A stretch of DNA of 64,000 nucleotides, taken from positions 92,006 through 156,005 of the forward strand of contig JAUCBJ010000505.1 in NCBI GenBank assembly GCA_032718475.1, written 5' to 3'. The notes beneath the pieces were generated by a model. It saw nothing but the letters and a program-made list of their open reading frames with translations, was not told where the DNA came from and did no database searches. Source of the stretch: Nemertoderma westbladi (lineage: Eukaryota; Animalia; Xenacoelomorpha). Positions within the stretch are counted from its first letter, which is position 1, and every line of letters begins with the position of its first letter. The position numbers and the translations under genes are program-made. Shown here in pieces: positions 50,599 to 64,000 of the stretch.

Positions 50599-53500
50599 GT
50601 TAATGTTTAATGTTTAATGTTTAATAGTTTGGGTATAAGAAAGCTAATGCTTATGGAACCCGTACACACCAAAAGAAAGTCCAACTGAAAGTAATTATAA
50701 CAGTACCGGTAAGTAATTAAGTATTGCGACCAATACCGACCATGTTTACGAAACAATGACAAAAACATATATAAAACAATTGAAACATAAAAGGACGCAG
50801 TTAAATTAAAATAGTGTTCTTATAAAAATGGTTACTAATAAAATGTCTTGCTTGCTAAAGGGTTGAAGTGACGTCTATAAAATCACGAGTATACACAGCA
50901 AATTACATAACAGTCGATAAAGTCAGATACATACACTAAAAATTACAAATATACATTAGAATTACTAAACAAATTCAATAAAATGACAGTCTATATAGTA
51001 TCACGAGTATACACAGAAAGTTACATATCAGTCGATAAAATCGGATACAAGTATATCGGTTAGGGCTAATATCGATAGTTTAAGGGTTAAAATAAAATAT
51101 AAAATTAATTTAAAATATCAGATAATCCATAGCTATAAAAACAGTACGGTATGTAAAATAGATCAAGACATTTGAACACTTAAATTTACATGGATTAGCT
51201 AACACTACACGATGAGAAAATAAGTGCACAGTTTAAGCTTTAAGGGTTAAAATAAAATATAAAATAAAATTAAAATATTCGGTAAAATCGTTGTATAGAA
51301 ACAGTTTGGTATGTAGAACTGATGGATTTAATTAAAATAAGATATTGCATATGAATTGGATTATTTAAGAAATAACAGTTGCACCATTTGGGTCTATTTA
51401 AAAATACGAACGATTGGTAAGAGATTATACTGTAAGTTACATAAAAATAAGTAGATCAAGTGAAAAATAAGTAGATAAGTAAAATAAGATAAAATGCGAT
51501 AAAAATAAATATTGATGTGCGACTATAAAAAGAAAACAATTAAATATAACTAATGTGAGTTTGTGGAGAGGGGGGGGGGGGGTCATTGACTCTAAGTCTC
51601 GTTATTCGGACCACCAGGAGGGGGTAAATTTGAGCGGTAAGTTTTTGTAGTGGTTATTGAGTCTCGATTTGAATGCGTTAAGTGAGGGGGCGGTTACTAC
51701 AGATTCGGATAAGGCGTTCCAGGGGTCAATGACACGGAAATGGAATGTTGCATTGCGTTGGAGGAGACGTGCGCGCGGTTTGTTTAGTTTAAGCGAATGG
51801 CCACGGAGGTTAGTTTCTGCGAGTGTGAGCATGTTTCTGAAGTCGACCGATTCCATTCCACTCAGGTAACGGTAAATTTGCACGAGGTCTGCGCGATGCC
51901 GTCTGTATTCCAGTGTAGGTAGTCCCAATTCGCGTAGTCTCGTAGGATAAGGCTTATCTCGCAAATCCTTTACTAGTCTTGTTGCACGTCGTTGCACAGA
52001 TTCGATTAGTCTAATGTCACATATATTGTGTGGAGACCATACTGTGGACGCATATTCTAGAACTGGACGGACCAAAGATTTAAAGAGTGCAATAAAGATG
52101 TCTGAGTCTAGATGGTTAAATGATCTGTATATTAGCCCCAAAGTTCGGTTCGCTTTCTTTGTTATATTTGATATATGTCGGCTGAATGACAAATTGTTTT
52201 GGAATGTAACGCCTAGGTCTTTCTCGGAATCTGTAGTTTTTAGCGGCTTCCCGCCAAGAGTGTATGGTAAGCAGGGGTTATTATTGCCAACGTGCATGAT
52301 TTTACATTTGTCGTGGTTGAATAACAGTTGCCAGGTGATGCTCCATGTGTGAAGAATATCGAGATCAGTCTGAAGGGGTCCGATGGAAAGTGTAGGGTCA
52401 GGAGTAAAAATACAGCTATCCTTGGTGTCGTCTGCGAATAGGAAAATGAGAAATTGCACCAGACTTGGTATATCATTTACAAATCCAAGGAAATACAAAA
52501 CGGCACCCACACTTCCTTGTGGCACTCCACTTCGCACTGGCAGCCAATCAGAATGTTCGCCCTGTACCACAACTCGTTGGTACCGATCACTTAGGAAATT
52601 CTCAATCCAACCCAATAGGTTTCCAGCTATTCCAAGAGTCTCTAGTTTGTGCAGCAAGCGTCGATGTGGAACACAGTCAAATGCCTTGCTGAAGTCCATG
52701 TATGCGATATCTATACATTGTCTTTGGTCTAGTGCTTGTGACCACGCATAGATAACATCCAAAAGTTGAAGGGTACACGATTTACCGTGCTGGAATCCGT
52801 ACTGTTGGTGGACAATTAAAACATTTTCTTTAAGGTGAATCCACATGTTATCGACCACAATTCTTTCCATCAGCTTGGCGACAACAGAAGTGAGACTTAT
52901 CCGTCTGTAATTTTCAGAGGCATTCTTTTTTCCACTTTTAAATATTGGTGTAATATTGGCTAACTTCCATTGCTGCGGTACCGTTGCTGTATCCATTGAC
53001 TTCTGAAAAATATGTTTCAAGGGTAAACATATTTCAGAAGAGAGTTCTTTCAGCACAGCTGGGTAGACCTCGTCGGGACCAGGTGCGCCTGATCCGTTCA
53101 TCTTCGTAATAGCCACAGAGGTGTCTGATTCCTGGAAGTCAACCGTTGTGATAGGTTGGTGGAATGGTAGAGGGTGTTGGACGTGGGGGATATTTGTCAA
53201 ATCTTCAACGGTAGAGACTGATGAATAGTGTTTGTTTAGTGTGTTGGCCTTTTCCTTGTTGTCAGTTACTAGCTTACCAGAAGGGTCCATTAGGTCGTAA
53301 ACTGCAGGTTTTACTTTTCGTTTTGATTGGATATACTTCCAAAATTCTTTAGGTTTTGTTGCTGCACACTTAGCTACACTTTTTTCAAATTCGTATTGGG
53401 TGTTTCTAGTCATAAGGCTACATTGGTTACGGGAAGTTTTATACACATTTTAGTTAGAGGTAGACGGATTTCTTTTATAGCTATCCCATAGTTTTCTTTT

Positions 53501-53670
53501 CCTTTTGATAGTGATTGATAATTCTTTAGTCCACCATTTTGGCCGTTTTTTCTGACTATGTTTGTTGTTTGTTAGTGGTATGTGCTTTTCACACGATTTT
53601 CTAAGTGGTTGGTGAAAAGAAATCCATGCTGCATCTGTATCCATTGGTTGTAGTGTACTATGCCAGTTAA
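50599..53670 (-). mobile_element. 5'-truncated LINE (CR1/L2-group) with ~1-kb 3' UTR and (ATTAAAC)n tail
   Basis: RT ORF 51602-53446 ('QYGFQ', 'DFSKAFD', 'GVPQG', 'FADD', 'LRGHSLKL'); in-frame stop at 53450; tail taatgtt x3 at about 50601-50625 on +, with an adjacent stem-loop. Confidence 0.9.
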
Positions 53671-54152
53671 GTTATAGTTAAAGTTATACACACATGCCAA
53701 GCCCCAGCGCAATCCCTCCACCCGTTGCCCGTTTTGGAGGAGTTCGAGCATAGAGAGTGGAGAGAGAGAGAGAGAGAGAATTTGATTTTTATAGGTATAG
53801 ATGATTAATAAAAGAGTGCATTATTATTATTATTTATCTGAAAAACAAATAACATTGGAGGTGTCTCATTGGCTCTTTCTGGTTTCAGGCTGCCAGGGGC
53901 ACCGAATTTTTAACAACTGCAGTACCGGTATTAAATATTACTGCCTGACTGCAGTACTGTCAACTGTTATTTATTGTACCGGTTCACCAGTAGGCTATTG
54001 CAGTATTGGTCAGTTGGTGTACTGTACAGGTGTATAAACACAACCTGACAAGGACAACAGCTTCAATTAGATGTGGTCTCAGACCACAGACTGACCAGCT
54101 GACAGACTCGTTGGCTGCAGTACCGGTACTGTAATAACTACCCTGGATACAT

Positions 54153-54726
54153 GACCGAACGTAATCAGGATCGAATGTAACATAGTTATTTCGTATCGAA
54201 CGTAACCTCAATTATGTTACATTGGATCCTATAACTATTTTACATTCGATCTACAAATTACTAAGCTCGAATGTAACATTGCCATTTACAGATTTAAAGG
54301 AGCAGGTTACAGAGGCGTGTTGGGGGAACCAAAACAATAAACGAAAGTTAACAGATGTTACAAGATTATGCAGGTTACTTTTATTTAAATGCTGAAAGGA
54401 GCAGGTTACAGAGGCGTGTTGGGGCATGGGGGAACCAAAACAATAAACGAAAGTTAACACATGTTACAAGATTGCAGGTCACTTAATTGGGTCTTTGTTT
54501 TGTACTCACCAACACCAAACTGTTTCTTCCTGTAAATAAACGAAGCATTTTATCGGTTAATTCCTGAAATCAAAACACAACTGAAATAAATGTATGTTAC
54601 ATTCGAGCTTAGTAATTTGTAGATCGAATGTAACATAGTTATAGGATCCAATGTAACATAGGCCTAATTGAGGTTACGTTCAATTCGTAAAAACTATGTT
54701 ACATTCGATCCTGATTACGTTCGGTC
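54153..54726. mobile_element. Foldback/MITE-like element with ~125-bp inverted arms
   Basis: 54153-54279 is the near-perfect reverse complement of 54594-54726; no TSD found. Confidence 0.75.
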
Positions 54727-54754
54727 TGTCACCCTAACTACCGGTCCTACTAAT

Positions 54755-54900
54755 TACCCAACTTTACCCAAATCTACCCAACTTTACCCAAACTTACCCA
54801 ACTTTACCCCACTTTACCCAACTTTTTACCCAACTTTACCCCACTTTACCCAATACCACCCAACTTTACCAAACTTTACCCAATCGAATACCCAACTACC
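54755..54900. repeat. Low-complexity (actttaccc[a/c]) tandem repeat, probably a transposon terminus
   Basis: Follows cggtcctactaattacc, which resembles the foldback terminus ggtcctacgaattacc at 55911. Confidence 0.7.
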
Positions 54901-54918
54901 TATCTGCCGACCAGTGAT

Positions 54919-55654
54919 CCATTCTGCTAAGTAGGGCATGTACGCCGAACGCGTTCGGCGCACAATTTTTTCCAGAATTTGGAGCAGGCGCAGAAAATTG
55001 AGAGCGCAGCGCCACGCAGCGCCGCGCAGAGAAAATTTAGAGCGCGGCGCGACAGGCGCAGCCGCAGGCGCAGAAAATTGATAGCACGGCTCAGACTTGC
55101 ACTACAGCACTAAGTCAGTACCGGTAAGTAGACCTACCCCTGGCAGTCTGCCGACTACCGGTAACAGGGTAGGCCTAATGACAATACAGATAAGACTGTA
55201 AGAAATACTGAAATAATAAGCCTCCTACTTGCTACTTGGTGTGCTTTAGGCCAGTACAGCAGTAGGCAGGCAGGTACGTGGTAGGAGATTTCGCGCAGTA
55301 TTTCTGCTGTGTGCGCCAATGCTGCAATGTGTAATGTCAATGCTGTAATGTCAATAATATAATAAAGCGTCCTACTTGGTGTGCTTAGGGCTTGCTTAGG
55401 CTGTTAGGCCAGTAGAGTAGGCAGGCGGGTAGGTAGGTGGTACGATACAGTACCGGTACTACAGAGGTAGGAGATTTCGCGCAGTATTTCTGCTGTGCGC
55501 GCCAATCTCGCGCAGAATTTCTGCTGCGCGCGCCAATCTCGCGCAGTTTTTCTGCTGCGCACGCGGATTTTGCACTGTTTTCGACTGCGCAGGCGCACAT
55601 TTTTTTCTGCGCCGCGTCGCGTTCGGCGCACAAAAAAGTCACTTAGCATACGGG
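54919..55654. mobile_element. Non-autonomous DNA transposon with 8-bp TSD (hAT/P-type)
   Basis: TSD ccagtgat (54911-54918, 55655-55662); imperfect TIR cc....tgctaagt / acttagca....gg; subterminal gcgcag repeats in inverted orientation. Confidence 0.75.
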
Positions 55655-55910
55655 CCAGTGATGCAATACAGTACAGCAGAAGGCTTACTTACTTACTACA
55701 GTACCGGACCAGTAGGCCTACTGTCTGACATTCTGACATTAGCATTCCAGCAGTCTGTCTGGTAGTTTAATACTGCAGTCTGGCAGTACTGTCAGACTGT
55801 ACAGCTGTAATACAGTAGGTCATAGTAGGAATGGTTTGTATCAGTGTAGGCCTATGCAGCTATGGCTTCATGTTTATAGCTGTATAGTCATACTCCAGTC
55901 AGCCAGTACG

Positions 55911-58900
55911 GGTCCTACGAATTACCGCAAAAGACCGCAAAAGACCAAAAAAGACCGCAAAAGACCGCAAAAGACCGCAAAAGACCACAAAAGACCGCAA
56001 AAAACCACAAAAGACCGCAAAAAACCACAAAAGACCGCAAAAAACCACAAAAGACCGCAAAAGACTGCAAAAGACCACAAAAGAACAGAGAAGGCATGGA
56101 TATACTGCAAGACGAATTACCGTAAAAGACCGCAAAAGACCACAAAAGACCGCAAAAGTCAGCAAAAGACCGCAAAAGACAGCAAAAGACTGCAAAAGAC
56201 CACAAAAGAGCACCAAGAAGTGAAAATTTAGTATTAGCGAGTGTCAGGCGCAGTCAGGCAGTCAGGTCAATGTATAGAAGTTTTGTAGACCTACATTATG
56301 AATCAGACTGTCTGATCTGAAATTATTATACAGTACATTGTCATAATGTATTAATTAGATTTTGATACAGTTCAACAATTATTTCACAACTTATTATTGT
56401 TTTAGGTTTGCTGGATGGAAATGTGGGAAGGTGGATGGGAATGTGAATGTGGGAATCAATAAACGCTGTTGTTACCTACCAATTTAAGGAAAGGAGCAGG
56501 TTACAGCGGCAGAATTCTAACCAAAACAATAAACTATGTTGTTAACGGCACCAACCACAGTACAAATTGAGGGAAAGTAGCAGAGGATCGGACAGCCACA
56601 GCACAATGATCGATGAACAAAACAAGCCCAAAACAAACAAGCCAATAAAAACAAAGAAGACAATGAGAGAGAAGGCAAAAAACAAAATATTGTAGTTAAA
56701 AAGTACTGTAAAAGTTTGGTATGGTATGGTCAATGGTCATTATGTGATTACGGGTCTGCCTAAACACCCAACTACACCCAACTTCAACCCAACTGCATCC
56801 AACTTACACCAAACTATACTGTATGGCACCCAACTTCCACAAATTATAATATGTACAGTAACAAACTCTGAACTTCTATGAGGAATTGCTGAGATATGAG
56901 CTTTTTAAAAGCTTCATGTACTGTATTTTGCACCCACTGCTGAGCAATTTATGAAAATACTGTAACAAACTAACGTTTATATTTATTGCAGGTTGGTTCT
57001 AGAATAATTGATAAATTTAACAATAAATATACAAAGGAGAGATAGAGACTATTGGCGAACGATCCAGATACCTACAGATGTCGACATATAACACGCACCG
57101 AAACTCCAAACTAATGAAGCTACAGTACAAACTAAACTGGCGCTGTGTTAATGTAAAAGGTATTGATACACAGGAGGGTCACAGCCTTAACGACGAAATC
57201 GCATTGGAAGCTTCTGTTATGGGAATGGCAATGCTATAATTCGTTCAAAATTAATAGACATAATATTCAATATTATACAGTATGTTTAATGCAATTATAA
57301 TTATGTAATTATCCTTTATGTATCATGATACAGTAACGCTTTTAAATAACGTCCTATTGGTCCTTAGGTCCTATTAGGCTCCTAATAGGATCATATTAGG
57401 CTCCTAATAGGATCCTATTAGGTTCATAATAGGAATAAAATAACCTTTAGGAAATCACTTGGAATTTGCCTAATGCAAGTCTACCTAGAGCGGCTAAATA
57501 TCAAAGCTTAGAAATGCCTGTCAATCAACCTCCCGGGATAGCTGAAAGTAGTAAAGAGAGCCGCTTTATCTAGTGGTTGAGTTGTATTTCCCTTCCCCTG
57601 ACTTATCTTATAACAACAATACTCCCCATAGGCATAGGCTAATGTTAAATATGCGAAGAACACACTGGCTTTAACACAACATCTGGACACATTAACATAC
57701 ATGACACATGATAAATTCATTATTCGAATGTTATACAAATTTAGTACTGTACTTTGTATTTTCTTACCTTTAATACTGTATCAGGGAACCCAGTACAGGG
57801 TTAACTTAAGACCCAAGAAGTCCAATATACAGCGACATACAGTATATGTAAACTAAGATATGTACAACCCATACAGGGAAACACAAAGTGCTTGAATATT
57901 TGAATTTATAGTGCCTGAATTTATGTATCTATAATTAAAAAAAAATAATTGTTTTTAGGCCAATGTGAACTTTCCCAGAGTGCCCAGGAAAGTCGAAATA
58001 AAATAGGTCAACCTTTGTTTAAAGAGGTGGGTAGGTGGCTCGGTCGGTGGGATGGTAGGAAGGTGGATGGGAAGATGGGAATGTAGGAAGGTAGATGGTA
58101 ATGTGGGAATGTAGGAAGATGGGAATGTAGGGATAGATCGGAATGTGGGAAGATGGGAATGACGTTATTTTTACCTACCAATAGAGGGAAAGGAGCAGGT
58201 TACAGAGGCGGGCTTTTCTAACCAAAACAATAAATGATATTGTTACCAATTGAGGGATAGGAGCAGGTTACAGAGGCGGGCTTTTCTAACCAAAACAATA
58301 AACGATATTGTTACCAATTGAGGGAAAGGAGCAGATTACAGAGGCGGGCTTTTGTAAACTGACGGAGATTAAATTTTGCTTTATTTTTACTAATTGCAAT
58401 TGTGCGCTAAGTCTCGCCATGACTGCGTGACTCGTCCCACAGAACATCCAGCTCTCCACACAACTATCACCCAACTACTCTCAACTTTGACTCACTTTCA
58501 CCCAACTACGCTCCACTTCCACCCAACTACATTCAACCTTCATCCAACTACACTTAACTTTCACCACTTTCACCACTTTTCGCACAATGATAATTAGTAA
58601 ATAGGGCAAAATTTCATGTAATTGCGTCCGTCTTTCTGTCTGTCCATCTATCTTTAATGAAAAATACATTCGTAAATAACTTTTGAAGATTTTAACCATT
58701 TTCAACAAAATTTTGTATGGGTGTACTGGAGAAAAAGTTCCAATATTTTAGAAAGTTACGGGCAAATACCTCTCGAACTTTTGGAATATTGGCATATCCT
58801 ACTGTACACAGGGGCGGTTCTAGGATTTTGCTTGGGGGGTGGGGGGGGGGGGGGGGGGCAAAATATTTAATTTGCTGAGGTCAATTTTTCGGACTTGTAA

Positions 58901-61802
58901 ATGGCTCCACGCAAGCAGTGGAGTCCGATCTGGACAAGTTTATAAACGCCAGCTTTAAATCGTTCAAAAAAAAACATTCCTAACAACAACTTTGTCTAAA
59001 CCCGCGTCTACTCGAATTATTTAGTTAATGGAAGGGTCGCAGCCGTCAGCTGGTGGTAACCCGTATCGTTCCAAAGATGTGGAGGAGAGACGTGACGTGT
59101 GTGGCACTCCTTTCTGCCTTTCCATTTCACTATTTTAATTGCAAAATTATATTAAACTGAGTAAAATAAAATGAGAATGATATGAAAATTATATTTACTG
59201 CTTAAATTTACTTGCATGCCTCAAACCACAAAGCCACTGAACATACCAATGGAGATATTTCCAGTGACCATACCATGGACCAATTGCAGGAGACATCTAC
59301 CTTCTCACCTGTGACACCTTCACATGTGCACTGTGGGCAGTGCTGAAAGGCTATGCAACCAATACAGAACCAAACTGTATGTATGTTTGTATGTTGGATT
59401 GACTAAATTTCTAGCATCAATAAGCTAAACTTGGAACCACCATTATACTATCAGCTGGCTATGATGCCACTGCTGCTTAAATTTTGGCGCCCCTTGGAAG
59501 GTCCCCCCCCCCCCCCCTTCTGCACGCCACTGCACGGTGGAGAAGAGGTTTCGGAAACAAGCTACAGTTCCTCGCAGCCCCCAATGAAAAAAAATAAACA
59601 AAAAAACATTTAAAAAAATTATTATACTTTGAAAATATTTCCCGATTTTTTCCCGAATTCCCAAAGTTCCAGAATTTTACAAAATTATCAGTGTTTTATA
59701 ATGGAGACCGCCGGGTGTAGTAACTAAATTTTGAAAAAAAATAGAAGTCTTTTCTCAGAGAGGTCTGTTTTCGAGCAAAAGTCGGTACCCACTGGTACGG
59801 ATTTGCCACATTACCTTTCGCTAGGGAGGGGGCAAGCCCCCCCCCCCCCAAGATACCTGGGGAGGGGCAAATGCCCCCTTGCCCCCCCCCCTAGAACCGC
59901 CACTGACTGTACATATACTGTATGTACTAGAGACCACAGGCCGCGTCTATATGATTACATTGATCAACGTACGCAATTCTCTACCTTAGTGTGATGAATT
60001 ATTAGTTCCACTAAGATCTGTACTGTATAACGATCTTATCGATTCTCGTAAAGATCTTGTCCATTCTGGCATTGCCTGTATGTGAATCATAATAAGAATG
60101 ATAATAATAAGAAAGAATAAGAAGTAATGATAATAAGAAGTGAATCATAAGTTCTTTGCAGAATTTCTCTTGATCTGTACAGATCCCATTTTAGTTTATC
60201 AAAAATGTAAAAAGTTATAAAATTCTTTCTGTTGTTTTGTTATAAATTATTATTAATTAATATAAAGGCCATGATTTTTAAAATAAAGCTGCTTAGTTTT
60301 TTTCTTGTATTCTATGATACATAAAGGATAATTACATTATTATAATTGCATTAAACATACAGTACTGTATAATATAGAAATTATGTCCATTAAATTTGTA
60401 CTTATTATAAACATTGTCATTCCTTACAACAAAAGTTTCCAATGCGATTTCGTCGTTAACAGTGTGACCCTCCTGTATATCAATACCGTTTTCATTTCCA
60501 CCGCAATCCCACAGCGCCAGTTTAGTTTGTACATGTAGCTTCATTAGGTTGGGATTTTGGTGAGTATGGTATATGTACTGTAGACATCTGTAGGTATCTG
60601 GATCGTTCGCCAATAGTCTCGGTCTCTCCTTTGTATATTTATTGTTAAATTCATCAATTATTCTAGAACCAACCTGCAATAAATATAAACGTTAGTTTGT
60701 TACAGTATTTTCATAAATTGCTCAGCAGTGGGTGCAAAATACAGTACATGAAGCTTTTAAAAAGCTCATATCTCAGCAACTCCTGAAAGAAGTTCAGAGT
60801 TTGTTACTGTACATTATTATAATTTGTGGAAGTTGGGTGCTATACAGTATAGTTTGGTGTAAGTTGGATACAGTTGGGTTGATAGTTGGGTGAAAGTTGT
60901 GTAGTTGGGCGGAAGTGGGGTGTAGTTGCTGAGTTGGGTGAAAGTTGGGTGTTTGGCAGACCCGTAATCACATAATGACCATTGACCATACCATACCAAA
61001 CTTTTACAGTACTTTTTAACTACAATATTTTGTAGGGGCCTATTTTGCCATCTCGCTCATTGTCTTCTTTGTTTTTATTGGCTTGTTTGTTTTGGGCTTG
61101 TTTTGTTCACCGATCATTGTGCTGTGGCTGTCCGATCCTCTGCTACTTTCCCTCAATTTGTACTGTGGTTGGTACCGTTAACAACATAGTTTATTGTTTT
61201 GGTTAGAATGCTGCCGCTGTAACCTGCTCCTTTCCTTAAATTGGTAGGTAACAACAGCGTTTATTGATTCCCACATTCACATTCCCATCCACCTTCCCAC
61301 ATTTCCATCCAGCAAACCTAAAACAATAATAAGTTGTGAAATAATTGTTGAACTGTATCAAAATCTAATTAATACATTATGACAATGTACTGTATAATAA
61401 TTTCAGATCAGACAGTCTGATTCATAATGTAGGTCTACAAAACTTCTATACATTGACCTGACTGCCTGACTGCGCCTGACACTCGCTAATACTAAATTTT
61501 CACTTCTTGGTGCTCTTTTGTGGTCTTTTGCAGTCTTTTGCGGTCTTTTGCTGTCTTTTGCGGTCTTTTGTGGTCTTTTGCGGTCTTTTGCGGTAATTCG
61601 TCTTGCAGTATATCCATGCCTTCTCTGTTCTTTTGTGGTCTTTTGCAGTCTTTTGCGGTCTTTTGTGGTTTTTTGCGGTCTTTTGTGGTTTTTTGCGGTC
61701 TTTTGTGGTCTTTTGCGGTCTTTTGTGGTATTTTGCGGTCTTTTGTGGTCTTTTGCGGTCTTTTTTGGTCTTTTGCGGTCTTTTGCGGTAATTCGTAGGA
61801 CC
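55911..61802. mobile_element. Large foldback-type element: ~1.4-kb inverted arms (55911-~57330 and ~60310-61802) around a ~3-kb spacer
   Basis: Arms are near-identical reverse complements with outer 10-bp aagacc[g/a]caa tandem repeats; no TSD recognised. Confidence 0.85.
58809..59905. mobile_element. hAT-type MITE nested in the foldback spacer
   Basis: TIRs caggggcggttctagg / cctagaaccgccactg; 8-bp TSD actgtaca (58801-58808, 59906-59913). Confidence 0.87.
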
Positions 61803-62443
61803 GAACTTTATCGACTATTTTTTATATTTTTTTTCGAAAGTAAGTATTTTTTTCATTTTTTTCAAAAGTAAGTATTTTTTTCATTTTTTTGAAAGTATTT
61901 TTTTTCATTATTTTCAAAAGTAAGTGCCTTTTTCTTTTTTTTCGAAAGTAAGTATTTTTTTCATTTTTTTCAAAAGAAGTATTTTTTTCATTTTTTTGAA
62001 AGTATTTTTTTCATTTTTTTCAAGGATTAAGGATTTTTTTCATTTTTTTAGAAAATTTTTTTCATTCTTTATGTAGAGATTTCAGGCTTTCCGTTTCATT
62101 TTCTATTCAAATGCAGTAGAGTAATGTGGTAATGTACAGTACATCAGTGGGACTAGGCCCTTTTCACTGTGCCATTATTGCTGTGTTCCGGTCTGGTAGT
62201 AGGCATATTATTTGTTTTGTTTACGTCCCTGTCAGTAACGAATAGGTCGTTCCTGAAAAAAATGTAATAATTCCAGTTTCGAAAAAAATGAAAAAACTAC
62301 TTTTGAAAAAAATGAAAAAAAAATACTAAAAAAGTAGTAAATGGCCGGAAATCACCACCGTAATTTTGGAAGAAGAATGTGCTACTGTAGTCTGTAGTAT
62401 GACCTATTTAATAAAGGCAGTGATTTTTTATGTCCTTTTATTT

Positions 62444-63415
62444 GGGTGCATGTAAAGAGCGGACTGCGGACTGCGGACTACGGACTGCGGATTGTCAATT
62501 AAAAGCCCAAATATGCGCGGTCGATTTGAATTTATAGCATTATAATGTAAGAATCCGCTCTTTGTTGTCTGGACAAACGGCGGAATGAAGCCAGAAAATT
62601 GTAGCCTGATTGGCTCAATCATTTGCATAGGCCCAAAGGGAACTTTCCTGAATCCTCTTATTGGCTTAAATGTTTTCATTGTGACACATAGAGATGGCAG
62701 GATGCAGGATGGAAACACAAACAATATTCCAACATTACTACAGTTTAATTATACTGTAAGTAATTAAGTAGGCCTACCGCTGACCGGTGCGGTATCAATT
62801 AAGCTATGCCGTCAGCAGGCATGTACTGTTGGCATACCGGCTACCGGTCAGCCGGTTGAAGTTTTCGATTACTTCAAACTAAAACTAAGTCATTTAAGTA
62901 GCCTATAATACGTAACGTAATCGATGGCGGCCGTATATTGCACGTGTAGTAGGCCTATTCTTAAACGTCCAAAACTAAACTTACTATAATACATCCAGGT
63001 TTACGTAAGATGATAGTGCCTCGATGTGAAAGTTTAGGAAAATATTACCTGATTACTACTGTATTTACAGTAGAGGTATAGGTTCGCCACTAGTATATTA
63101 GTTCCTTAATCAACAGTGCACGTAATTACTGTATAGGATAATTATTTCCTGTATTACAGTGTTGCACAATGGTAAACATTTAAAAGCCAATGCTGCAATG
63201 GGATGATTCATTCTTTAAGTTCCCTTTCAGCCTATGTAAATCAGTAAATGATTGAGCCAATCAGGTTACAATTTGCCGGCTTCAGTCCGCTATTTGTCCA
63301 GACAACAAAGAACGGATTCTTAGTTTGGAAGTCGATAATTCAAATTAACCGCGTGGATTTCGGCAAACCACAGTCCGTAGTCCGCCAGTCCGCAGTCCGC
63401 TCTTTACATGCACCC
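62444..63415. mobile_element. Mutator-type non-autonomous element with long TIRs
   Basis: TIRs gggtgcatgtaaagagcggactgcggactg... (about 230 bp, imperfect inward); 9-bp TSD cttttattt (62435-62443, 63416-63424). Confidence 0.88.
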
Positions 63416-63566
63416 CTTTTATTTGACTTTTTTGTCCTCCTTTTTTTACGAATTGTGCATAATGACTTTTGTTGTCCTTTTTATGTATGTATTTCTTCAA
63501 ACTGTCAGACTGATGATTTCTGGACTGTCAGACCAGGTTGGAATTTATGTAGAGTTTGCTCAACAT

Positions 63567-63690
63567 GTGTGGCGCGGATTAAGGATCCTGGCGCGTAGTG
63601 ACAGGGGCGTGTGGCGCGGATTAAGGATCCTGGCGCGTAGTGACAGGGGCGTGTGGCGCGCATTGAGGATCCTGGCGGTCCTGGCGCGAA
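63567..63690. repeat. 42-bp tandem repeat (gtgtggcgcggattaaggatcctggcgcgtagtgacaggggc), about 2.7 copies
   Basis: Read directly. Confidence 0.85.
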
Positions 63691-64000
63691 TATGGATGTA
63701 GGGTTAGGTTAGGACAGTAGGAGGTAGCGTAGCAGTGCACTGGCAACACATCCCACTCTACAGCTCTATTTGAAATTATTCCATAGGTTTAAAAAGATTG
63801 AAAAATGTCCGCTCGCTTCGCTCGCGTTTATACTGTAAGCCTACTCTTAGCACTGTCTGGCTGTGGACAAATGGAAACGGACAGATTGAGCATGACCATT
63901 AAAAACATGACTTGTTTCAAAAGTTTTTCAATTGTCAGATTCTTCAAACCAATAAAATCATGACAGCCTGCATGATTCAGCAGAATTTCCGTGCTCGCTA

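Noticed and set aside
54510-54529. 20-nt minus-strand micro-exon (tttacAG|...|GTGAGT) as a PKN 5' UTR exon
   Set aside because: Good splice signals, but it lies in the loop of a repeat element about 19 kb from the nearest exon; unsupported without transcripts.
55836-56231. Lys-rich and antisense Phe/Cys-rich ORFs (also 61518-61871)
   Set aside because: Translations of the 10-bp aagaccgcaa terminal repeats.
58916-59532. Second nested hAT MITE (cagtgg...ccactg)
   Set aside because: The right end looks hAT-like, but the left TIR is weak and the flanking 8-mers do not match as a TSD.

Overview
Repeat-dense genomic DNA from a eukaryote, most likely an invertebrate animal. It shows spliceosomal GT-AG introns and animal-type transposon families, and nothing prokaryotic. 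One host gene is recognisable: a protein kinase N (PKN/PRK) gene on the minus strand, with coding exons at 28854-29694 and 19084-21318 and a probable first coding exon at 35384-35445. Almost everything else is transposable elements and tandem repeats. These include: several LINE fragments; a ~6 kb 17-bp minisatellite split by an RTE insertion; a hAT-bounded composite carrying tandem Helitron/Helentron-type units; an intact Copia with identical LTRs; an intact CR1/L2-type LINE; and a Gypsy element whose integrase was hit by both an RLE-type (CRE-like) LINE and a 6.6-kb LTR element. Several MITEs and foldback elements lie toward the right end. The most unusual object is the 6.6-kb LTR element at 40461-47106. 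It has no pol. It keeps a ~1240-codon reading frame ending in BEL/Pao-type zinc knuckles, with no recognisable capsid domain. In place of a tRNA primer-binding site it has a four-unit array whose 9-nt heads are complementary to a site inside its own LTRs, in both allelic forms. All calls were made by eye from the sequence and ORF track; no database searches were run.
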